DNA from: Macrostomum lignano
Taxonomy: Eukaryota
Direction: 5' to 3'
NCBI GenBank assembly: GCA_002269645.1
Contig: NIVC01004974.1
Location: forward strand, 1 to 29,743
Length of the DNA: 29,743 nucleotides
Below are positions 1-8,694 of this stretch, piece after piece. How positions within the stretch are numbered: position 1 is the stretch's first letter; every line of letters starts with the position of its first letter. Below the pieces are notes generated by a model. It was not told where the DNA came from. It did no database searches and saw only the letters and a program-made list of their open reading frames with translations. The position numbers and the translations under genes are program-made.

Positions 1-75
1 GAAGTAGAGTGCGCAGGGAATTCCGCTGAGCTACACGATGACGAAGTGCCGACAATGGAGAGCGGAATGAAGAAG
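1..75 (+). CDS. Probable upstream exon of gene 1, truncated by the window start (EVECAGNSAELHDDEVPTMESGMKK)
   Basis: Frame 1 is open for 25 codons while the other two frames hit stops. It ends at a good donor, AAG|GTAATT (GT at 76-77). Its phase (0) does not match the long ORF of the next exon (see findings). Confidence 0.45.
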
Positions 76-184
76 GTAATTACTTTCATTCCAATAAGCA
101 ATATTGCCTTCTTGTGCGGGATTTGGGTACTGGAACCGGAACAACTCTCAGAAAAACAAACTTTTAAGCATAGAGGTATTGGTC

Positions 185-660
185 GTAGATCTGGGCGACA
201 GTCGAACCGCAGCTAGGTAGGAGGACTGGCAGTCCTGCCCATTCCGCTGAGGCCTGAGCGCGCATTCGAATTTGACTTGACTCAGCTGCAGGGGGTTCCG
301 GGTATCCGGATACAGCGGGGAGGCGTTGAGCGCCCCATTCTTGCCATCCGGAGAGTCCAGGTGGATGGTTGCTCTCCCCGGTAGTCCTTAGGTAGCAGAT
401 GAGCTGGCAGAGATTCTCGGGTCCTTAAACGTCGGGAAGGCCGAGGTAACAGTAGGTGAGCCTGTCCTGAGTAAAGGCGTGGCATTCACAGATGAAGTGT
501 TCCGCGTTCTCAATACGGGAGAGCAAAATGAGATTTCCTCGCTACGGATTCCTCCCTGGAGGTGGCACGCGCTCACATATGGTGTACAAGCATCCAAGGT
601 TCACGGGATCAAACCTGGGGTACTATAGCGCGAGAGTCAGACCCGTTATCTCTGAGCTAT
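185..660 (-). mobile_element. Decayed 3' end of a non-LTR retrotransposon (ORF2 C-terminus plus 3' UTR; resembles R1/LOA/I-group elements)
   Basis: The minus strand reads HLQGGIRSEEISFC, then after a frameshift ENAEHFICECHAFTQDRLTYCYLG (from 511 down), an in-frame stop at 425-427, then GPENLCQLICYLRTTG (424-377). This resembles the CxxC...ExxxHxxxxC...R..LG...L.FL..TG C-terminus of LINE ORF2. The stop and frameshift indicate a dead copy. Boundaries approximate. Confidence 0.55.
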
Positions 661-742
661 TAGAAGTCAAACAACAGTTTTTCATCCGTGAAATAGTGCT
701 AAGATCTGTATAGAATTCCACATAAATCAACTTGTTTTGCAG

Positions 743-1369
743 AAGAAAGAGAGAAAGAAGAGGAGGAGGAATGCGGCCACAATGCGAAGAAGATGCCGAA
801 GAATACGATGTCGGCGACGAGCAAGACGAAAGAGACGGGGATTATGATGATCAGGAGGCGGAGGAAGCGGATGAAGATTTTCACGAAGCCGAAGAGTCGC
901 CTTTCGATTCCTTATCGGGGGATGAACGCCGTTGGACCAGCCGCAGCGCCAACTGGGAGGATGTGGTGGCAGCCGATGAGAAAGCCAAAGCTGACTCCGC
1001 CGCCGCTGCTGAGGCACTGAAGAAGACTGAGCGATCGTCTGACGGCGCGTCGCCTCAGACAACTCCTAAGCTGGCCAGTCCGGCTCCGCCTGCGGCTACT
1101 AGCAGCCGATTCAATGGCTGGCAATATAACGTATTAAAGAACACCCTACAGAAACGGGCAACTAGTCCCGACACTACTGCCGCTGCCGCCGCAGACGCTT
1201 CGACGAGGCACGTTCAACCAGCGACTGGACAGCAGCCGCGTCAGCAGTCGCCGATGACTGGGGACAGTCGAGGAGGAGGAGCAGGACTTCGTCAACCGCG
1301 CCGGGATGAACGCGGCGGAGGCGGCTTTCGAGGCGGAGGCGACAGAGGGCCTGGCACTAAGCGTTCCGG
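743..1369 (+). CDS. Gene 1 exon: acidic tract, Ala/Pro/Ser-rich linker and RGG-rich segment of an unidentified low-complexity protein
   Basis: Acceptor cttgttttgcAG at 741-742; long GC-rich ORF (732-1373); donor GG|GTAAAT at 1370 (phase 2), which joins in frame to the exon at 1994. Confidence 0.75.
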
Positions 1370-1579
1370 GTAAATGCGGTGTTTAATCCTTTATTCCTTT
1401 GATTTACTTCTACAGCACTTTTTAGTCAAGTCTTTAACTAGGGGTTTGGAGTGCCTTTAAGTTTGATTTCCAGTGTTATGCGTGATTAATTATTGGGAAT
1501 CGAATTGTTTAAGATCACGTAAATTGAAAGCTAGCACGGTCACGTAAAAGTCACCATGGGAGTCACGTGAGGGTCACTG

Positions 1580-1866
1580 GTCACATACGTGCTATGTGTA
1601 GGTCATGAATTCGTGTAGGTCTCAGACGAGTTATGTGTAGGTCACATACGAGTTATGTGTAGGTCACATACGAGTTATGTGTAGGTCACATGCGTGTTAT
1701 GTTTAGGTCACATACGTGCTATGTGTAGGTCACAGACGAGTTATGTGTAAGTCACATACGAGTTATGTGTAGGTCACATGCGTGTTATGTTTAGGTCACA
1801 TACGTGCTATGTGTAGGTCACATGTTTGTTATGTGTAGGTCACATACGAGTCACATGTAGGTCACC
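1580..1866 (+). repeat. 22-bp minisatellite (GTCACATACGAGTTATGTGTAG), about 13 copies, intronic
   Basis: Units start at e.g. 1641 and 1663; edges are degenerate, with GTCACC(C)ATGG on both flanks. Confidence 0.95.
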
Positions 1867-1993
1867 CATGGAACCAACCATTCTAAACTTTAATTATGCG
1901 GGATTTGGGTGTTTGTGTTTCTTAAATAGAAACAAATTGCTTCTCACTTCTATCAACTCATCTCTCTCAACTGTTTGGCGGCTTTCTTTTTAG

Positions 1994-2176
1994 CGGTGGA
2001 AAACAGCAGCGCAATATTGATCGGCCCGCATCTGGCGTTGGCGGCGGCAACAGCAAAAGGGTTTCAGGACCATCGAGCGCCGTTGGAGTGCCGCCCGTCG
2101 TTTTTGGCCGAGCTGCTGCCCCTACTGCGCCCAGATTAATGGGCACCAGCGGCGGTCGCTTACCACCTGCTAAAGG
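1994..2176 (+). CDS. Gene 1 exon (GGKQQRNIDRPASGVGGG...GGRLPPAKG); below the ORF-track cut-off
   Basis: Acceptor ctttctttttAG at 1992-1993; 183 nt, stop-free in the frame set by the previous phase-2 donor; donor GG|GTGAGC at 2177, again phase 2. Confidence 0.75.
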
Positions 2177-2289
2177 GTGAGCGAAAGCAAATATCTGCTT
2201 TTAAGTTTTAACCTGAGATCAAATGCGGGTGCAGTTTTTTACACCCTGGTGCATTGCAATCAAAACCCCAGCTCCAAAAGCTATCAACA

Positions 2290-3070
2290 CTAGCTCCAGG
2301 TTGTCAGAACCCTAGCTCCAGAGAGTCAGAACCCTAGCTGCAGGGTGTCAGAATCCTAACTCCAATATGTCAGAACCCTTAGCCTCAAGTTGTCAGAACC
2401 CTAGCCTCAAGATGTCAGAACCCTAGCTCCAGGGTGTCAGAACCCTAGCTCCAAGTTGTCAGAACCCTAGCCTCAAGTTGTCAGAACCCTAGCTCCAGGG
2501 TGTCAGAACCCTAGCTCCAAGTTGTCAGAACCCTTAGCCTCAAGTTGTCAGAACCCTAGCCTCAAGATGTCAGAACCCTAGCTCCAGGGTGTCAGAACCC
2601 TAGCTCCAAAGTTGTCAGAACCCTAGCCTCAAGATGTCAGAACCCTAGCTCCAGGGTGTCAGAACCCTAGCTCCAAGTTGTCAGAACCCTAGCCTCAAGT
2701 TGTCAGAACCCTAGCTCCAGGGTGTCAGAACCCTAGCTCCAAGTTGTCAGAACCCTTAGCCTCAAGTTGTCAGAACCCTAGCCTCAAGATGTCAGAACCC
2801 TAGCTCCAGGGTGTCAGAACCCTAGCTCCAAGTTGTCAGAACCCTTAGCCTCAAGTTGTCAGAACCCTAGCCTCAAGATGTCAGAACCCTAGCTCCAGGG
2901 TGTCAGAACCCTAGCTCCCAAGTTGTCAGAACCCTAGCCTCAAGATGTCAGAACCCTAGCTCCAGGGTGTCAGAACCCTAGCTCCAAGTTGTCAGAACCC
3001 TAGCTCCAGGGTGTCAGAACCCTAGCTCCAAGATGTCAGAACCCTAGCTCCAGGATGTCATAACCCTAGA
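2290..3070 (+). repeat. 22-23-bp minisatellite (TGTCAGAACCCTAGCTCCAGGG, with ...CCTCAAGA/T variants), about 35 copies, intronic
   Basis: Obvious tandem units with three or four variants recurring in semi-regular order. Confidence 0.95.
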
Positions 3071-3111
3071 TCTATTGGTCTCAAACCACTGCACCTACTC
3101 ATCACACACAG

Positions 3112-3341
3112 GTTGGCTCCAGTTGACAAGCCCCATCAGCCTCAACAACAACAACAACAGCAGCAGCAGCAGCAAAACTCCTGTGGCAATTGCGGTTTGC
3201 CGACGTCGCACTGCCTATGCCAGATGGCCTCGGCCGCGGCCAGCGCACAGGAGGCGGCGGTGGCAAGAAGAGCGGCAGGCCTAAAAGTGGCCGAGGACAA
3301 AACCGGTCTGACAGGAGACCGTCGAATTCCGATATTAAGAG
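3112..3341 (+). CDS. Gene 1 exon: poly-Q, CGNCGLPTSHCLC Cys/His cluster, Ala-rich helix
   Basis: Acceptor acacAG at 3110-3111 accepts the phase-2 join into ORF 3113-3349. Donor AG|GTGAGT at 3342, with an alternative GT at 3346. Confidence 0.75.
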
Positions 3342-3351
3342 GTGAGTGAGA

Positions 3352-4010
3352 TCTCAGTGAGATCCTCGATTGCTGGGCCAGCCTCCCAGATCCTCGATTG
3401 CTGGGCCAGCCTCCCAGATTCTCAGTTGCTGGGCCAGCCTCCCAGATCCTCAGTTGCTGGGCCAGCCTCCCAGATCCTCAGTTGCTGGGCCAGCCTCCCA
3501 GATTCTCAGTTGCTGGGCCAGCCTCCCAGATCCTCGATTGCTGGGCCAGCCTCCCAGATTCTCAGTTGCTGGGCCAGCCTCCCAGATCCTCGATTGCTGG
3601 GCCAGCCTCCCAGATTCTCAGTTGCTGGGCCAGCCTCCCAGATCCTCAGTTGCTGGGCCAGCCTCCCAGATCCTCAGTTGCTGGGCCAGTCTCCCAGATT
3701 CTCAGTTGCTGGGCCAGCCTCCCTGATCCTCAGTTGCTGGGCCAGTCTCCCAGATTCTCAGTTGCTGGGCCAGCCTCCCAGATCCTCAGTTGCTGGGCCA
3801 GTCTCCCAGATTCTCAGTTGCTGGGCCAGTCTCCCAGATTCTCAGTTGCTGGGCCAGCCTCCCAGATCCTCGATTGCTGGGCCAGCCTCCCAGATCCTCA
3901 GTTGCTGGCCCAGCCTCCAAGATCCTCAGTTGCTGGCCCAGCCTCCAAGATCCTCAGTTGCTGGCCTAACCTCCCAGATCCTCAGTTGCTGCGCCAGCCT
4001 CTCAAATCTT
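3352..4010 (+). repeat. 28-bp minisatellite (GTTGCTGGGCCAGCCTCCCAGATCCTCA), about 23 copies, intronic, abutting the donor
   Basis: Tandem units; the three overlapping ORFs here are translations of the repeat. Confidence 0.95.
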
Positions 4011-4133
4011 CAGGTCCTTGGACCTTGGGGCCAATTGTAAAATATTATTTTGTATTGCAGTTCCTTTATCCAGTGAAATGCTGTATTTGGCTACTAACAG
4101 TAGTTGAAAAGAAAAAATTCTTCACTATTGCAG

Positions 4134-4206
4134 GAGTGGCGGCAATCTAGCTCCTGTGCAGTCTCCCTCTGCCAGCAACCTTGTCACTGACGAATGGGAG
4201 TCCTAA
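4134..4206 (+). CDS. Gene 1 terminal exon (either GVAAI* ending at 4150, or ESGGNLAPVQSPSASNLVTDEWES* ending at 4206)
   Basis: Acceptor ttcactattgcAG at 4132-4133; followed by AT-rich 3' UTR-like sequence with ATTAAA at 4511. The frame depends on which donor is used. Confidence 0.55.
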
Positions 4207-4753
4207 CGATTCAGCCGGAAGCTTGATATTTTTACCTGGTTATTTTTCAATCTGAGACTAAATTTTTATTGGATTCTTTGTTTTCGCGATTTTTTGTCTT
4301 TTTCTGTTTTAAGAAAGCTAAGAAGTTGTTTCCATCTAAAAATTTCCCTGTTCCGTTGACATGCAGTGTTTTTTGTATTAGTTAGTCTGTTGCAGATTCC
4401 TATATCTATGCCTATTCACTGATGGCTACTCCCTCGCGTTGCGATAATACCATATTATGGTGCGCATTTATTTAATATGTGTATAATATTTGTATTATAT
4501 CTATATTTATATTAAAAACAGAAAAATTTCTTTCAAATTACCAAAATCGATGGACTATTCTGTGTGCAAAGATACGCGTCTCTGTAATGTACTTGTGTGT
4601 ATATAAATATCAATGCAGTGCATCATATTAGCGATCTCAGTGTATGAACAATTGCTGGTTGAACGTCTGCGTTTTGTTATACATATTTTTGTCACCCGGT
4701 TTTTAATGCGCGGAATTGGGTTAACAGAATTCTTTAACGTGCCCACTACTTAA

Positions 4754-5482
4754 GTGCAGCACCTGTCTCATTAGTGCATCTCCTGTCCCATTAGTGCATC
4801 ACCTGTCCCATTAGTGCATCACCTGTCCCATTAGTGCAGCACCTGTCCCATTAGTGCATCACCTGTCCCATTAGTGCATCACCTGTCCCATTAGTGCAGC
4901 ACCTGTCCCATTAGTGCATCTCCTGTCCCATTAGTGCATCACCTGTCCCATTAGTGCATCACCTGTCCCATTAGTGCATCACCTGTCCCATTAGTGCAGC
5001 ACCTGTCCCATTAGTGCATCACCTGTCCCATGATTGCATCACCTGTCCCATTAGTGCATTTCCTGTCCCATTAGTGCATCACCTGTCCCATTAGTGCATC
5101 ACCTGTCCCATTAGTGCATTTCCTGTCCCATTAGTGCATCTCCTGTCCCATTAGTGCATCACCTGTCCCATTAGTGCATTTCCTGTCCCATTAGTGCATC
5201 ACCTGTCCCATTAGTGCATCTCCTGTCCCATTAGTGCATCTCCTGTCCCATTAGTGCATCACCTGTCCCATTAGTGCATTTCCTGTCCCATTAGTGCATC
5301 ACCTGTCCCATTAGTGCATCACCTGTCCCATTAGTGCATTTCCTGTCCCATTAGTGCATCACCTGTCCCATTAGTGCCTCACCTGTCCCAGTAGTGCATC
5401 ACCTGTCCCATTAGTGCCTCACCTGTCCCAGTAGTGCATCACCTTCCGCAGTAGTGCATCACCTTCCGCAGTAGTGCATCAC
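4754..5482 (+). repeat. 20-bp minisatellite (CACCTGTCCCATTAGTGCAT), about 36 copies
   Basis: Near-perfect tandem units that decay at the right edge. Confidence 0.97.
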
Positions 5483-6159
5483 TTGATCCTGTACAACATT
5501 TGTTCTTGGCAGCACCTATTACATCACGTGTCACAAATCGAAAAAAATTGCACCTTAATCCACCTTTCTATAAAAATTGCCATTAGCGTTTTCGAGTTTG
5601 TATGTTAATGTATTTAAAATATTTCTGTAGTTGATATATTGCATCTGTTCAATAACTATTATTTTATGTTCAATAAGTTAAATAAGTAAATTTAGTAGCG
5701 CATATATTCTAGACTATAGTTCATTAAATATTTCTTACATTTTACAACGATAATTTTGTAATTTAAAATTTCAACAATTGAAAGGCCTCTTTGTGAACGT
5801 ATTTTGATGCAAGTCTTAGCGCCTGTCTGGTTTATATTTTACTTAACCAAAGTCCAACGTTAATCTTGTAATTAAAATATACCTTTATTCAATTTTATAT
5901 ATATTAGTTATTGTATAGCTATAGATTCCGGTAAACTTTCAATTGTTGTCCTTAGTATGGGAGCTTAATTGCAGTCACAGTCTCGTTATATAGTTTTTCT
6001 TAATTTTATTCCCCTCGGTTGAGAAAAGCGCCCTTAAATCCACCATGCCTGTCTTTATTAACAGCTTTACATGCTTGATATGTGCTTCTAATTCAAAACT
6101 TCACTTATAAATTTTCGACCCCAATTAAAGGCCTTACCTGGCCCTTCAATAGCCCCGAC

Positions 6160-6560
6160 CACCCCCTGTTTAACCTCTACCCCTCTTAACACCTACCCCT
6201 CCCTCTGTGTACAGCATCTCTCACTTTCCCGACCAACCCTACTTTTAACCCCTACCCTCCCTCAGTGTACAGTATCTCTCACTGTCCCGACCAACCCCAC
6301 TTTTAACCACTACCCTCCCCAGTGTACAGTATCTCTCACTGTCCCGACCAACCCCACTTTTAACCACTACCCTCCCCCAGTGTACAGTATCTCTCACTGT
6401 CCCGACCAACCCCACTTTTAACCCCTACCCTCCCTCAGTGTACAGTATCTTTCACTGTCCCGACCAACCCCACTTTTAACCCCTACCCTCCCTCAGTGTA
6501 CAGTATCTTTCACTGGCCTGACCAACTAACTCAACCCCTACCCGTCCTTCAGTAATCTTT
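6160..6560 (+). repeat. About 58-bp C-rich tandem repeat (CCCTACCCTCCCTCAGTGTACAGTATCTCTCACTGTCCCGACCAACCCCACTTTTAACC), 6-7 copies
   Basis: Units recur near 6249, 6309, 6366, 6424 and 6481. Confidence 0.9.
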
Positions 6561-7369
6561 CTTGACCGTCCCGACCCAATCAAACCTCAGCAAACCTACT
6601 CTAATGTTTTAATTAATTTTATATTAATTTTAACACTTTTAGCCTAATTTAAATTTCTTTACTTTGAAAAAACGTCGGTTCTAAAACTTTTGTTCTCATG
6701 TGCAAAACTTAAAAACCTTGTATAAAATGGTGTGTATTTTTAAAGAAAGATCGAGTGTTTGTTTAACATTCGTTTTTTGTTTATCAACTATAAATATTTG
6801 TTTTTTCTTAAATTTTCCTTCTCTATAATGCTTCTGTGTGTATTTGATAGCGTTTTTTCTGTTTGTTTGACCAAATGTGTGTGTTTTTTCAAACGTCAAA
6901 TTTCTTTTTTGCCTTGGTTATTGCATGCACCAGTGTTCGATGCTTTTCTGAGAAACGCAAGAAATCTGTTGTAAAGTAGCGGCAACTTCTGTTGCCAGCA
7001 ATGATGATGGAGTTTATCCTCTAGCTCTAGCTCGTATCTATTCGATTTGCTATAAATCGTGCGCGCGTTAATGCTGAATTATTGCTGTAATTAAACTCTT
7101 GCGTATACCTGCATACATATATTATATATGAATTTTAATATCTTTTTTTAAAGCCTAGCAGTGCTGTAGCAGTGTAATATAATACCATGGAAAAATATAT
7201 AATAGCTTTCGCACTTGATTAATGCGGTTATTTAAGCATTTGCGGAAATCTTGTCTATTTTTAGCTTCCTTATTATGATAATGCAATTCTATTTCTGCCT
7301 GGGGTTGTCCAGTTAATGGTAATTTTTATATTTTTATAGAGTTTGTGTAGGTAATGTATCCGACCTGTT

Positions 7370-7950
7370 TGGCTGTCTGTCTGTCTATCCTTAGTGTCTG
7401 CTTGTCTGTATATCTGTCTACCTGTCTTTCTGTCTCTGTCTTGTGTCTTTTGACCATGTTTTAGTGTCTCTTAGGATCTGTTTGCGTCTGTCTTAGTGTA
7501 TTTCTAGGTCTGTCTGTCCGTTTTAGTATCTGTCTGCATGTCTCAGCGTCTTTTAGTGTCTCTCTCCGTCCCTCACTGTCTGCCAATACCATATTGTGTC
7601 CTTTCGGGTCTGTTAGTGGTCTGTCTGTCTTTCCCAGTGTCTGTTTGTATGTCTGTCTGTATGAATGTATGATGTATGTATGTATCGTATTGCCTGTCTG
7701 CCTGCCAGCCTGCCTGTCTGTCTGTCTGTCTGTCTGTCTGTATGTATGTATGTCTGTCTACCTGTATGTCTGTCTCTGCCTGTATGTCTCTGTCTGTATG
7801 GTGTATGTATGTATGCCTGTCTCTCTGTCTGCCTTTCTCTCTGTCTGTCTGTCAGGTCTTTCGATCTGTCTGTCTGTTTCTCTCTCTTCGTCTGGTATTG
7901 CCTTTCGTAGTTTCGTAGTTTTCGAGTCTGTCTACCTGTCTGTCAGCAGT
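7370..7950 (+). repeat. Degenerate (TCTG)n/(TGTA)n microsatellite upstream of RCL1
   Basis: Tetranucleotide low-complexity tract. Confidence 0.9.
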
Positions 7951-8053
7951 CATTTAGACAATATCATATTGTGTTGCTGTATACATTAATTTTGCAGTAC
8001 ACGCATAGATAGTCAAAAGCTCCCCTTGCTCGGCTTGCTGGTGCCGCACTGAG

Positions 8054-8608
8054 ATGTCGAATTCGTCTGCCGCGGCCCCAGCTGAGCTATTAAAGTTCGT
8101 TGGCTGTTCAGAATTTCGCAGCCGAATCGCCCTGTCAATCCTCACTGGTAAGCCGGTGAAAATCTCGTCGATTCGAGCTAAGCTAGAGAATCCCGGCGTG
8201 CGCGAATTCGAGATCAGCTATCTGCGCTTGATTGAGCAGATTACCAATGGCACTGTGGTTAGAATTAGCGAGACAGGCACTGTTGTGCTGGTCAGGCCGG
8301 GTATACTTACTGGCGGCGAGTTCGAATTCGATTGCTGTGCTGAGCGGGGCATTGGCTACTATCTGGAGCCGCTCATGCTGCTTGGCCCGTTTGGCAAGCG
8401 GTCGCTTAGCGTTAAACTGACTGGCGTGTCAAACAACTCTATGGATCCCAGCGTTGAAGCTGTTAGTTACTCTTGCCTACCGTTGCTGCGGCGATTTCTT
8501 GGCCGCGATTCGGGCTCCGAGTTGAGTCTCGAACGGCGTGGTTGCCATCCGGTTGGCGGGGCCGAAGTTCGATTCCAGTGCCCGACCGTGTCCAAGCTCA
8601 AACCGTTG
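8054..8608 (+). CDS. RCL1: RNA 3'-terminal phosphate cyclase-like protein, exon 1 (185 aa)
   Basis: FVGCSEFRSRIALSILTGKPVKI, IRAKLENPGVREFEISYLRLIEQITNG, RGIGYYLEPL and RRGCHPVGGAEV are typical RCL1/RTC-family segments. ATG at 8054; donor TTG|GTAAGT at 8609, phase 0. Confidence 0.95.
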
Positions 8609-8694
8609 GTAAGTGGTCTGCAGTCTAAAAAGGCTTTTCAAGTTGCCGCAACACTTTCTGCGAAGGTTCTACTATATTCTAAGTAGATCTGAAG

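Noticed and set aside
920-990. SLBP identity for gene 1 (SRSANWEDVVAADE resembles the SLBP DWxxAVEE motif)
   Set aside because: No SLBP RNA-binding domain appears in any downstream exon.
2290-3070. Telomere-like AACCCTAG words (also TTAACCCCT at 6160-6560, and TTAG in the PKA-R intron)
   Set aside because: They are embedded in longer units and never form tandem TTAGGG or TTAGG runs.
6996-7087. Box C/D snoRNA candidate (ATGATGA at 7001, CTGA at 7074, possible CAGCA/TGCTG stem)
   Set aside because: The stem is offset from box D, there is no clear C'/D' pair or recognisable rRNA guide, and it is not inside an identified host intron. A snoscan or Infernal search would settle it.
8609-8686. Extension of RCL1 exon 1 to the ORF-track stop, and of PKA-R exon 1 to 21201
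   Set aside because: Homology ends exactly at strong donors (8609 and 21154) and resumes in frame in the next exon; the extensions are intron read-through.
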